From Octopus sinensis (taxonomy: Eukaryota): 64,000 bases of DNA. The notes under the pieces were generated by a model, which saw nothing but the letters and a program-made list of their open reading frames with translations, was not told the DNA's origin and made no database searches. Position numbers and translations under genes: made by a program. Where the stretch lies: assembly GCF_006345805.1 (NCBI RefSeq), contig NC_043024.1, positions 4,836,001-4,900,000 of the forward strand. The letters are read 5' to 3'. Positions 26,417 to 38,296 of this stretch are shown here, in pieces. Numbering within the stretch: position 1 is the stretch's first letter; each line of letters starts with the position of its first letter.

Positions 26417-27790
26417 ATGTCGGAAGAAGCCTCAAAGTCATCATATGACTGTGACATCTGTGGTAAATCTTTCTCTGGTACCACAAGATTAACTACACAC
26501 AAACGTATTCATACAGGGGAGAAACCATATCAATGTGATATCTGTGGTAAATCATTCATTGAGGGCAGTAACTTAACTAGACACAAACGCATTCATACAG
26601 GTGAGGAACCGTATCATTGTGATGTGTGTGGTAAATCATTCTCTGCGCGCAGTAACTTAACTACTCACAAGCGTGTTCATACAGGGGAGAAACCATACCC
26701 CTGTGATATCTGTGGTAAATCTTTCTCTGTTGGCAGTAGCTTAAATACACACAAACGTGTTCATACAGGGGAGAAGCCATACCCCTGTGATATCTGTGGT
26801 AAATCATTTTCTGATGGCAGCAGCTTATATAAACACAAACGCATTCATACTGGGGAGAAACCATTTCACTGTGATATCTGTGGTAAATCTTTCTCTCGTA
26901 CTCATAGCTTAGATATTCACAAACATAGCCATACAGGTGACAAGAAATACCACTGTGATATCTGTGGTAAATCATTCTCTGCTGGCAGTAGCCTAAATAC
27001 ACACAAACTCATTCATACAGGGGAGAAACCATATCACTGTGATATCTGTGGCAAATCATTCTCCGTTGGCAGTAACTTGACTGCACACAAACTCATTCAT
27101 ATAGGCGAGAAACCATATCAGTGTGATATTTGTGGTAAATCATTCTCTGATGGCAGTAACTTGACTAAACACAAACGTATTCATACAGGGGAGAAACCAT
27201 ATCACTGTGATATCTGTGGTAAATCTTTCTCTCGTATTTATAGCTTAGATATTCACAAACATAGCCATACAGGAGACAAAAAATACCATTGTAGTATCTG
27301 TGGCAAATCATTTTCTGCTGGCAGTAGATTAACTACACACAAACTAATTCATACAGGTGAGAAACCACATCACTGTGATACCTGTGGTAAATCATTCTCC
27401 ACTGGTAGTAATTTAACTACACACAGACGTATTCATACAGGGAAGAAACCATATCACTGTGATATCTGTGGCAAATCATTCAGTCAGACAGGTAACTTAA
27501 CTACACACAAACGTATTCATACAGGTGAGCAACCATATCACTGTGATATCTGTGGTAAATCTTTCTCTATTAGTAGTAGCTTAACTACACACATTCGTAT
27601 TCATACCGGGGAGAAACCATATCGCTGTGATATCTGTGGTAAATCATTCTCTGAAAGCAGTATCTTAACTACACACAAGCGTATTCATACTGGTGTAAAG
27701 CCATATCATTGTGATATCTGCAGTAAATCATTCTCACAAAAACATCATTTAATTAGACACAAGTGCATTCGTTATGCAAAGGATCCGTAG
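26417..27790 (+). CDS. C2H2 zinc-finger protein ZNF-3 (457 aa; 15 canonical fingers plus an atypical terminal finger)
   Basis: Uninterrupted ORF ending [17 protein letters not shown]; uORF at 26017-26145. Confidence 0.95.
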   Translation: MSEEASKSSYDCDICGKSFSGTTRLTTHKRIHTGEKPYQCDICGKSFIEGSNLTRHKRIHTGEEPYHCDVCGKSFSARSNLTTHKRVHTGEKPYPCDICGKSFSVGSSLNTHKRVHTGEKPYPCDICGKSFSDGSSLYKHKRIHTGEKPFHCDICGKSFSRTHSLDIHKHSHTGDKKYHCDICGKSFSAGSSLNTHKLIHTGEKPYHCDICGKSFSVGSNLTAHKLIHIGEKPYQCDICGKSFSDGSNLTKHKRIHTGEKPYHCDICGKSFSRIYSLDIHKHSHTGDKKYHCSICGKSFSAGSRLTTHKLIHTGEKPHHCDTCGKSFSTGSNLTTHRRIHTGKKPYHCDICGKSFSQTGNLTTHKRIHTGEQPYHCDICGKSFSISSSLTTHIRIHTGEKPYRCDICGKSFSESSILTTHKRIHTGVKPYHCDICSKSFSQKHHLIRHKCIRYAKDP

Positions 27791-29410
27791 CACAATGACA
27801 TTTCTTGTATAATATTCCCCAAGAAAAACCTTTAGACTTGATTGAAACTATATTATGAATATGATATCTATAGTAAATCTTTCATTTCAAATGACCCATC
27901 ATTGAATCAAAAGAGCATTGACAGAGGAAGGAAAACATATCACTGTGATGTTAAACCTGAATCATTTTTTTCAAGATGGTGAATTGTTTGTACACAGTCC
28001 TGTTAATATGAAAGATATAATCATACCTCAAGATATTTGTGTTGAATCAATCTATGAAAATGATCAATTATTAAAACATAACTGCATTCATACAGAAGAG
28101 GAACCATATCACTACAATGATGATAATCATCATCATTTAACATTCACTTTCCGTGCTTCTGTCCATCAGATGGAATTCTTTGATTGAGATTTTCTGCAGC
28201 TGGATGCCTTTCCTGTCACCAATCTTCACTTGATTTCAAGCAAGGAAATATTTTCACTGGTGAGAAATATTTGAAACAGAAGACTGGAAATGAAGAACTG
28301 TATCTGTATGACTGTCACGATAGCCATTTACGAGCATCACGTGATATCTGGTCAAAGGTACACACACATATGTATGTCTGGAGAATTTCTTATAGGAAAT
28401 CTTTTACATTTTTAATCTACTTCTAAATGTTTGTGATTCCTATTAGGAAACGAAACACATGTAATGCTGAATAAATAATATCAAACTTTTCTCTGGTCTC
28501 CTCATTTAATATGTAATTACTCTGCAAATAATATACAACCCTTCCACAAAAATAATACACACACACAGAGATATATATATAATAAAGAGCTTGTTTGCTC
28601 AGTTGTTACACACTTATCATCATCTGTTTTCCCTGCTGACCAGAATAGTGGGAGAGAGGGAGGTTTGAAGAAATGGGGGGAAGATGTAGAGAAAGGTGAT
28701 CTTATACTAATTCTGCTGGTCATTATGTTACTTAGCCTGTCAGTAACACTGTTGATGTGACTAGAGAAAAACAAGGAGAGAAATGACTGAGAATTAAGCG
28801 TGTACGATGTGTGATGAGGGGAATGTAGTAGTTAATTTATGGTTATAAAAGTCAGTTGAAGGTAGAGGTAGAAAGGAGAGTTAGAAACAATTTTAGCGGA
28901 TTGGTGATGTTGTGATGGTAAGATTAAAGAAAGATGGAGAGAGAGATGATGGTGGTGGTAGTATCACCTACAAATTGAAATTTGTATTGGCTCTGACCCA
29001 TCTCCTTGGCTTATAAGTTACCAATGATGTGGTTTTCAGTGTATGCCATGTTATGTTAAATTTTTACTCACATGAAATTGTGACTCCTATATTTTACTAT
29101 ACAATTTTTGTTTTCTAGAAGAAAAATTTGACCATTTCAATTTCAAAATTTAATTTTATTTCTTTATGGGGAAAATAGAAAAATAAGAGTGAATATTTAT
29201 TTTATGAGAGCTGAGTGTATAAAATTGTGCATAAAATATATGAGCTATATGAAGTACGTTGAGTCATTATTACATTCCAATTTCCTTCACATTTCAATGA
29301 ATAATAGATGGGTGACTATCTTTTGATACAGACACAACACAGGCTACACTTTCGAAGTTTTAGATAAAGTTTTCAGAAATAACCGAATAGGTTTGCTATT
29401 AATTTCATGA

Positions 29411-29850
29411 AATATCCAGGGATAGGAGTGGCTGTATGGATCCCGAGGTGGCTGGAGGGATCTACGGACAAGCCGGGGGAACCCCACCCTGTTGCTGTGA
29501 AGAAGGGGAAAAAAAAAGAAAAACACTGCATCGCCAGCAGTGGCATGCCCCGAGACCCCTTTGTTGGGATGTGTGCCACCAGAGGGGGAGAAGTAGGAAA
29601 CCTCGTTGGTGGGATGTGTGCCACCGAGCGAGGAAGTTGAGGCCTCTCCCGATGAATGAGTGGAAAAATTTGTTCTATTGGAGGGGAGGGGCCATTGATA
29701 ATTATGTGGAAAATGTCCTTGACAGTCGGGGACTAATAGACCCGACTTTCATTGACAGACCAGAGTGGCCTCCTCAGGTGGCTGCTCTGGTACAGGAAAG
29801 AAAGGGCTCTTTTCACATGTCAGTGCCATCTTTATGTAAGTAGTACCCGC
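29411..29850 (+). repeat. GC-rich block of unknown origin preceding LINE copy 1 (shorter copy at 40688-40970)
   Basis: Similarity to the paralog at 39660 stops at about 29411. 29570-29959 and 40693-41080 differ by about 3 substitutions and 1 indel. Confidence 0.7.
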
Positions 29851-30152
29851 AATAATAGTGATTTTTGAGGAAGAATTTTCAAAGAAACGCTTTCAAAAAA
29901 ATATCAAATCTATAAAGTAGAGCCGAAATTCTTAAAAGAATAGAGTTAGTTCCCCTTGAACTTTCATCTGCGTTTTGAGAAATTTGCTGCCTTTTGTTGA
30001 GAGAGTTCGATTTTTTGCTCATCGTTGTTTGTGTTAATTGTTAATTGAACAGTGCCCGTTGTGTAACGGTAATTTTCGCCCTACGGGGCAGAAAATTCTC
30101 TATTTAATATTGTTATTACCTTCGAAGGTAATTTTTGAAACATTTTTGAGAA

Positions 30153-31589
30153 ATGGATTTCGACTTGGCGTCGAAGAATGATTTTCCCGCGATGGGAACA
30201 AGTGAATTAAAGGACACTGAAGTAACAAAACAGTCTTTTTCGGCCGCGGTAGGCGGAACCATGATGGACGTTGAATTCAAGATCGAACAACTGTTCGAAT
30301 TTAGGAACTTGGTGAAAATGGAAGGAAACGAAATCAAACTTGTACCGCCGCAAGCGAAGGTACAAGAAATAAAGGAAAAAACAGTTATATACAAAGTGTA
30401 TAGCTACAAAGAAAAGAAAATTATGGACGTCAGAAACGAAATTGTCGAAAAGTGCTTGTCCCCGGTGTGGGACAAAATTCGCCATGTCGTTCGAGGTGCT
30501 CGCAGCGCTACTGTTGAAGCACATTTTGACTCGGCTGAGGTAGCAAGAGAGGTGTCATCATTGACCCTGAAAAATGATGATATCATGCTGCTACCCTCGT
30601 ATATGGGAAAAAGAACAGCTAAACTGCTGGTAGAGGACATACCGAGAGGGTATGATATAATGTGGGTAGCAGCGGCGGTCCTGCACAATGTAGAGCGGGA
30701 AATTTCGATTCTGCAGATGAGAAGGAAAGAGGAGGTACGCTGGAAGGGACAGACGCTGGAACTCCTCGTTCAGGCAGAAAACAAGATATTGGAGAACCTG
30801 CCCGATAGGATATTTAACGAAGATGCAACGTCCATGAGAGTGTCAGTGGAGGGGCGCAGACCTAGATGTTTTAAATGTGGCGAGAAGGGTCACGTCCGCT
30901 CGAACTGCTTAAAAAAAAAGAAAACCAACGAAGCCCCTCCTCAAAGTGCTTCAAACACTGTAGGGGAGAAGGCGGAAAAAGATAACAAGACGACGACAAG
31001 CAAAGAAACAGAAACGGAGGATTGTATCGTACAAATGGATTACACACAGGTGACACACAAAAGAAAAAAAGACAACACCCTGGACTCCCCTCCCCAAACA
31101 AGGAAAAAATCAGCAAGCACCGCAGACATACACACAAAGCAAATTCCCCAGCCCTACCCCCATGGCACTGTATTCATTGGGAAACAGTTCGCCAAGCCCC
31201 TCCCCATAAAACAAGATGTGAAAAAGTCTTTAAAAAAAAATGATAAGATCATTGCTTTTGATGAAAAAAACCAAAGGGTATATAAATACTATAAATTTTC
31301 AAAATTTAAACTATTTAGCAAGGCTACAGACATAAAAGCAACCACTCGCTTCGCAAAAATAAAGGAAGACGAGTGGAAGGAGGAAATACTACAAGAACAT
31401 CTAAAGAATAGACTGATTAGAGATGTAACAAAAGAAGTACTGGAGGGTAAACTTGTTATAACCCTGGCAACCACACCTACCCAGAGCCCGGTGGCAACGC
31501 CGGTTAAGAGCCCTGCAGCTACGACCACAAGGGAGGAAGAAGGGGAAGCGGGCAGATTTAAACTGTCATGCTCCCTTTCTCAACCGTAA
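30153..31589 (+). CDS. LINE ORF1 protein (478 aa) with a CCHC zinc knuckle
   Basis: CFKCGEKGHVRSNC, basic C-terminal half, directly upstream of ORF2. Confidence 0.9.
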   Translation: MDFDLASKNDFPAMGTSELKDTEVTKQSFSAAVGGTMMDVEFKIEQLFEFRNLVKMEGNEIKLVPPQAKVQEIKEKTVIYKVYSYKEKKIMDVRNEIVEKCLSPVWDKIRHVVRGARSATVEAHFDSAEVAREVSSLTLKNDDIMLLPSYMGKRTAKLLVEDIPRGYDIMWVAAAVLHNVEREISILQMRRKEEVRWKGQTLELLVQAENKILENLPDRIFNEDATSMRVSVEGRRPRCFKCGEKGHVRSNCLKKKKTNEAPPQSASNTVGEKAEKDNKTTTSKETETEDCIVQMDYTQVTHKRKKDNTLDSPPQTRKKSASTADIHTKQIPQPYPHGTVFIGKQFAKPLPIKQDVKKSLKKNDKIIAFDEKNQRVYKYYKFSKFKLFSKATDIKATTRFAKIKEDEWKEEILQEHLKNRLIRDVTKEVLEGKLVITLATTPTQSPVATPVKSPAATTTREEEGEAGRFKLSCSLSQP

Positions 31590-31616
31590 GTTCATTTATT
31601 TTTTCTCTCACCGACA

Positions 31617-34600
31617 ATGGCTAAGCTGGGTTGTGTGAATGTACGTGGAATGGGGACGAAATGGAAACAAATTTGTTTCCTGAACGACCTCACGACACAT
31701 GGAGTAGACATAGCTATTGCAACCGAGTCCAAGATGAACGAGGCCCAAGCGTTCTCGCCTCTTCTAAATGGGTTCGAGAAATTTATTTCTCCTAGCCGAG
31801 GAAGAGGCAGAGGCGTGGCAGTCCTTATCAGGAAGAGCTTGGACTTGCAGGTAAGTACTGTCTTTCTGGACCCAGAAGGCAGGCTGGTTGTTCTGGATGT
31901 GACCCACGTAAGTAAACAGTCCTTCAGGTTGGTAGCTGTCTACGCTCCGAACGAGGGTAGACAGACGGGTTTTTTTCGGAACCTGGAGCCCTTTTTAGCG
32001 ACGTCGAAAACGGTAATCCTAGTAGGGGACTTTAACACTGTCCTTGAAGCGCGGGTCGACAGTGTTGGCTCAACCAATAGGAAGGGGAACCCTAGCCTCA
32101 AGGGTCTACTAGAGAGCTTTGATCTAGTGGACCGTTACCGACTGGATGAGCCGAGCGTTCCACAGTGGACGTGGAGTAACAACGACGGCTCACACAGATC
32201 GTATTTAGATAGGATATTTATTAAGAAAAGAGATAAGGATACGTTTAGTTGTCCACAGTTTCACATTGTGCCTTACACGGATCACAAATTTGTGACGTGT
32301 AGGATGCAAGTAGACAAGTGTCATAGACAGGGACCCGGGTACTGGAAGCTGAACAAGGCTATTTTGAATTGTGAAGACTTCCGTACCCGGATTAAGGTGT
32401 TAGTACAGAGGGCATTGTGTGGCACCATCATTAACAATAGATGGTGGCACTCCCTCAAAAGAGCCATTCGTTCAGAGTCCATTAGATTTAGCAATAAGCT
32501 AAGGTTAGATAGGTCTAGGATAGAGGACGATTTAGTTAAGAATCTAAACGAGGCAATGGAAGCTGGCTCTGCATCCGGAGTGATGGCGGCAAGGACGGTA
32601 TTGTACCGTCACCTTAACTCCAAACACGAAGGTTGCAGAGTCAGAGCTAAGCTACGCGCTGGGAAACGAGAAGGTATTAACGTTGCCGGATGGGCCCGTC
32701 GAGTGGAGAGTCAGAGAGGTAACAAAGCCTCAATCAAGTCTTTAACTGACGAACAGGGACAAAAGATCTATGGACAGGAGGAGATGCAAAAGTTTCTTCA
32801 CCAGCATTTCGCCCGCGTGTTCGGGGGTGGTGTGGCGCCGGAGCGGGGGAGGACCTTAAAGGATTTCCTGGCCGGCGGACCGCGGCTCTCGGGGCGTGAG
32901 GTGGAGTGCTGTGAAGAAGCGATCACTCCCGCGGAGATAGAGGGGATACTGGCCGGATGCGCCGGGGAGAAGTCGCCGGGGTTGGATGGTCTGCCCTACG
33001 AGTTTTACCAAAGTATGCCGGACTTGTTCGGGGGAATATTGGCAGGCGTCTACACGAACTGGCAGCAGAATGGGAGAATTCCCAGTTCTGTAAGCCGGGG
33101 AGTGGTGACGCTAATCCAGAAAGACCCGAGCAAGGGGGATAACATTAGTAACTACAGGCCCATAACTCTACTTAATGTAGAGTTAAAGATTTTGGCCAAG
33201 GTGTTGGCAAAAAGGTTGACGGTTGTCGTGGAGAAACTTGTAGGCAGAGCACAGACATGTGCAATTCCAGGCAGGTCGATCCAGGACAATCTTCACCTTA
33301 TACGCTACACCTTAGATAGGGTGGGTAAATTAACCGGCAAGGGCGGGGTAATGGTCCATTTAGACCAAAGTAAAGCGTTCGATAGGGTAGACCATGAGTA
33401 CCTGGCGACGGTCCTCGAAGCGGCTGGACTGGGCCCTGAATTTCGCGGGTGGATCTCCGCTATGTATAGCGGCATCAAGTCCACCGTCCAGATAAACGGT
33501 TACCTAACGGAACCGTTTTCGATCGAATGTTCAGTTCGTCAAGGGTGCCCCTTGTCACCACTTTTGTACGTGTTGGCTCTTGAGCCATTGCTGCGAAAGT
33601 TGGAGAGGCTGGGAAGTAACTCGGATGAGATCGGAGGTGGGAGGACGGTTACTGCTTATGCGGATGACGTCACCCTCATCGTGTCCAATGAGGCCCAGCT
33701 ACCTTGTGTGGAAGAGGCTATCAGAGGATACGAGGAGGTGGCAGGAGCAAAGGTTAACAAGGACAAGTTGGTTGGCTTGCGCCTCGGCACCTGGAGGAGC
33801 AAGTCGATATCGTCCAGTGTCGTGGGACACTGGACGGATGGCCCTGTTAAGTTGCTAGGAGTTTGGTTTGGGCCAGACTCCCAAACGGAGAGGAACTGGA
33901 GTGAGGTGACGAGCAAGGTGGAGGCCATAGTACGGACCTGGTCCGGAAGGTTTCTGTCCTTGAAAGGAAGGGTGGAGGTGGTACAGATGTTCATTGCATC
34001 TGTAATCACTTACCGCCTGACCGTTGTCCCTTGCCCCGATTCATGGCTTAGCAAGTTGGAGCGAATCCTTTTCCGCTTTTTGTGGAAGGGAGGAAAGCCA
34101 CTTGTGAGGCGCTCCGTTTGCTGCCAGGAACCGTTAAAGGGTGGGTTAGGAATGCCTTGGTTGATGATGCGCAGACATGCGTTGAGGCTGAAGCATCTCT
34201 GGCACCACCAGGAGGGTGATAAGGTGTGGAGTCCACTGGCAGGGGAATTTTTCCCGAGACCAGCCTCCTTAGTGAATTTTAAACCCGGTCGCATCAAAAG
34301 ATGGAAACTGACTTTATGGCAAAAGGAGTGCCGACCGGCACTCACGCTGATCCACAAGGCGGGCAAGGCCGGCTGCGGAAATACCACCTCGGTATTTTAT
34401 AGAAGGCTGGTAGAGGCAAAGAACGACGACGTCCTAGGAGGGGCTCTGGGGTTTGACGAAGACCAGCTTACCAACCTGTTTAAAAAGACTTTCAGGACGG
34501 GGTATTTGGATAATTTCCAAAGATCCCTGGCTTGGCAGTGCTATACCTGTTCGCTTTACCTGTTCGCGAGAAGTTATCGCGGCACGGAATTTCAGTGCCA

Positions 34601-34998
34601 CCGACGTGTCCAAGGTGCGAGTTGGACGATGAAACCGTCCAGCACGCTTTTGTACACTGTCGGAAGTTGTCCGACTTGATAAGTTACGCAGAACACGTGT
34701 TATCGCATCTGGGACGAGTACAGCTGTTGGCTGAGTCTATGATTAAGATGATACCGCCAACTGGACTCTCGAAGGAAGGTGAGGCATGTTTTCACTGCGC
34801 GGTGGCAGTAGTAAAAGAATGCATGTGGCGAACAAGAATGGAAGGAGTCGCGATAGGATCCTTTGTCTCGGGCCCCGGCTTGCTCACTTACTTCAGATAT
34901 CATCTGAAGAGCAAAATGGGGCTGGAAAAGAGGATCTTACCACGGGGTGTGTATGAGAAAAGATGGAAGGAAGTGGAAAAAAAAGGTGGGTGTCAGAA
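31617..34998 (+). pseudogene. LINE ORF2 (APE endonuclease, RT, C-terminal Cys/His), frameshifted near 34545 and 34980
   Basis: NVRG, GDFN, YLDRIF, TDH; KSPGLDG, YRPITLL, QGCPLSP, YADD; CPRC-x7-H-x4-C. Confidence 0.92.
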
Positions 34999-35267
34999 AC
35001 CCAGCTTAACTATGGAGGGAGGAGAGGAAACAAAAGCTGCGGGGCCTTATAAATTGCCGGGGTTTAAAACTTCGGTAAGATCGAAAGTTTATGAAATGTT
35101 ATAATATTCTATTGGTCACGTAAAGGACAATTTACAGACGAATTTTTATAATGAATAATCCAAATGTTATGGAAAATTTTTAATCGAACCTCTTAACTGT
35201 TTTTTGCATGTATGTCCTGTATTTGTCCTTCTATGTAACGATTGTATAATCATAATAAAGAAATATG

Positions 35268-35930
35268 GAGTTAGTTCCCCTTGACAACTCTTCCTAATTT
35301 TCTTTATTTCTTGCTCCTGTTTCTCACGCACCTTGATTGTTTGATCAGCTCCACTTTACGACTGATATTTAAGAGACAATCCAATCAAATATATACAAAT
35401 GATTGGTAATTAACTGTCTAAAGAAACAGATACAGCATTTACGATTATGTGGACGTGAAAAATATGAAGTAACGTTCGTTGGAAATAGGAAGAAATTCTC
35501 TTGAAGCTGTCAGTGTCCGCTCTGATTCGTTGACTCTCTCTTTATATCATTTACTATGTAAGTATTATAAAGACATTTCTATTGTATTAAGTATCATATT
35601 ACGTACATCTGTTTTTTTCCATGTGTTGAATTAAAAGAATCTCACTAAACAAAGACGAAATTATATGAAAGTAAGGCTGTTATTTTAATAATTACGATGT
35701 AATTCGTAAGAAAAGATGGGGAATGTATAAAAGTATGAATGTGCGCTTGAATTACTGAAACGAAAAGATAATATCTTTTACAGACGAAATGAAAGGGCTT
35801 TGAATTGAAACACTAGAAAGTACCTAATTTGACCAAAAATAAATATAATAATCCCTTTATATAATCTTTTACTCCAAAAATTAGTAGAGAAGATATTAAA
35901 AAAAATATCGACACGACATAAAATGAAGGC
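35268..35930 (+). promoter_or_regulatory. ZNF promoter/exon block for ZNF-4
   Basis: CCAAT pair at 35381-35406, donor at 35558, acceptor at 36754. Confidence 0.65.
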
Positions 35931-36404
35931 TGATCGCTGTTGTTTAAAAACTATCGCCTTGTGAAATTTAGTTTACTCGAATCAGTCACCAATAATTTAA
36001 TTTTCCATGCTTGAAGCATTATAAACATTTTTATGTCCATTAAAATATATAGACATTATAATAATAATAATCAAAAAGTCACTGAGAATGGTTTTAAGTG
36101 TGGTTTCACATTTTTATACTTCCCACTCCCTCGGAAAAATTCTTACACATAAATCCCCATATATTCTTAACCTAAACGAGATTTCTTGAAAATGTCATTA
36201 AAAACCATCCATTTACGTGGAAGTTACGAGGCAACAAAGTGAATGGGGTACTGATCTGTAGTTATGCCGTCATTTTATGATAATGGCAAAGTAAAACACG
36301 CCTACTCCATTGCTGGGATATAAGCAAAGGGAAAAAAGATGCTGATTTAAATTTTTACTCGCACACCAACCGAGTGAGGCCGTGTATATTTGGGGGTAGG
36401 GCAA

Positions 36405-36490
36405 AAACATATCACTGTGACATCAGGGGTAAATCATTCTCTGTTAGTAGTTGCCTAACTAGACCCAAGCATACTCAGACACTGGACAAA
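36405..36490 (+). pseudogene. Single relic zinc finger inside the inferred ZNF-4 intron
   Basis: Translates [26 protein letters not shown]. Confidence 0.6.
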
Positions 36491-37180
36491 ACACCCTTCA
36501 GATGAAACCATCTGCTGTCTAGTGTCATTGACATGTATATTGGTATCTGCGTGTGTCTAGGAAAGGCTTAATGTCCAGGAGGTGTTATTATAATACATGT
36601 GTCTACTCCCTCATGCAAACCTCTTGAAAATAGATGGGATAAATATAATAGTTCAGATAAATTTATGAAAACAGAAATGTCGTAAATTTGCACTTTTTAA
36701 TATCTGCCTTTTAAACATACTTTATGACTCATATTATTTTTTCTATTCTTTCAGAAAATCACATGAAGTTGGCTAAAAAGTATTTTTTGCTTTTAAAGAA
36801 TCATCAATATGTATCATGTTTGAAAGACTCTGCAAAGATATTCTACAAATATATAATCCTGCTTCTATAAAACATTCCTGAGTTACAGTAAAATATTTCC
36901 TCTAAGAGAGAAAGCATTTCTTTACTTCTGTGTCTGAAATGTGCAAGAGATATTTTTCTCTTTTAAATATACTTTGATGGATTTCCAAAGAGTATTTGCG
37001 GCATTTTTAAATATTGGCATTGATCACATTTTGAAGAAATATAAGAAAAGTGATATTTGTTTGGAATAAACTATAAAAACAAAAAGAAAAATATCCGTAT
37101 ACTTTGGTGAGAGGAGAAATATTTTTGAAAAGTTGTTGATCTGTACAACTTGAAGGATTAATTTTATTTTTCTTGAAGAG

Positions 37181-38296
37181 ATGTCTGTAGAATTAAGAAA
37201 ATCATCATATGACTGTGACATCTGCAAAGAGTCATTCTTAGAAGAAAGTAGATTCAATCAACACAAACAAATTCATACAGGGGAGAAACCATATCACTGT
37301 ACTGTCTGTGGTAAATCATTGTCTGACAGGAGTAGCTTTGCTCGTCACAAACGTATTCATACGGGGGAGAAACCTTATCACTGTAGTATCTGCGGTAAAT
37401 CATTCTCGAATGACGGTCACTTAGCTCAACACAAACGTACTCATACAGGAGAGAGACCTTATCCTTGTGATATCTGTGGTGAATCCTTCTCTGCTGGCAG
37501 TAGCTTAACTCGTCATAAACGTATTCATACAGGAGAGAAACCATTTCCTTGTGATGTATGTGGTAAATCTTTCCCTGAAAACTGTAGCTTAACTCAACAC
37601 AAACGTATTCATACAGGGGAGAAGCCATATCACTGTAGTATCTGTGGTAAATCATTCACTAATGACAGTCACTTAATACGACACATACGTATCCATACAG
37701 GAGAGAAACCTTATCCCTGCGACATCTGTGGTGAATCGTTCTCTGTTGGCAGTAACTTAACTCGTCATAAACGTATCCATACAGGAGAGAAACCATTTCC
37801 TTGTGATATATGTGGTAAATCTTTCACTGAAAAAAGTGGCTTAACTAAACACAAACGTATTCATACAGGGGAGAAACCATATCCCTGTGATATCTGTGGT
37901 GAATCATTCTCTCGTAGTTATAGCTTAGATATTCACAAACAAATCCATACAGGTGACAAAAGATACCACTGTGATACCTGTGGTAAATCATTTTCTGCTG
38001 GCAGTAGATTAACTACACACAAACTAATTCATTTAGGGGAGAAACCATATCATTGTGATATCTGTGGCAAATCATTCAGTCAGACAGGTAATTTAACCAG
38101 ACACAAACGCATTCATACAGGTGAACAACCATATCGCTGTGATACCTGTGGTAAATCTTTCAGTCAGGCAGGTAACTTAGCTACACACAAACGTATTCAT
38201 ACAGGTGAGCAACCATATGATTGCGATATCTGTGGCAAATCATTCTCTGAAAAGGGTATTTTAACTACACACAAACTTATCCATACTGGTGTATAG
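37181..38296 (+). CDS. C2H2 zinc-finger protein ZNF-4 (371 aa, 13 fingers)
   Basis: TAG where ZNF-3 has AAG removes only the terminal atypical finger (frame continues to 38386). uORF at 36763-36870. Confidence 0.93.
   Translation: MSVELRKSSYDCDICKESFLEESRFNQHKQIHTGEKPYHCTVCGKSLSDRSSFARHKRIHTGEKPYHCSICGKSFSNDGHLAQHKRTHTGERPYPCDICGESFSAGSSLTRHKRIHTGEKPFPCDVCGKSFPENCSLTQHKRIHTGEKPYHCSICGKSFTNDSHLIRHIRIHTGEKPYPCDICGESFSVGSNLTRHKRIHTGEKPFPCDICGKSFTEKSGLTKHKRIHTGEKPYPCDICGESFSRSYSLDIHKQIHTGDKRYHCDTCGKSFSAGSRLTTHKLIHLGEKPYHCDICGKSFSQTGNLTRHKRIHTGEQPYRCDTCGKSFSQAGNLATHKRIHTGEQPYDCDICGKSFSEKGILTTHKLIHTGV

Larger units (their letters stand above)
29960..35267 (+). mobile_element. L1/Tx1-clade LINE family A, copy 1, full length
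   Basis: TSD GAGTTAGTTCCCCTTG(A) at 29943-29959 and 35268-35284; two ORFs; ends AATAAAGAAATAT. Confidence 0.95.

Noticed and set aside
26661-27002. Antisense ORFs over finger arrays (MIYHRYHS..., also 37254 and 58048)
   Set aside because: Shadow frames of the 84-bp finger periodicity.
33656-34387. Overlapping ORFs inside LINE ORF2, repeated in all three copies
   Set aside because: Alternative-frame shadows of GC-rich coding sequence in near-identical copies.
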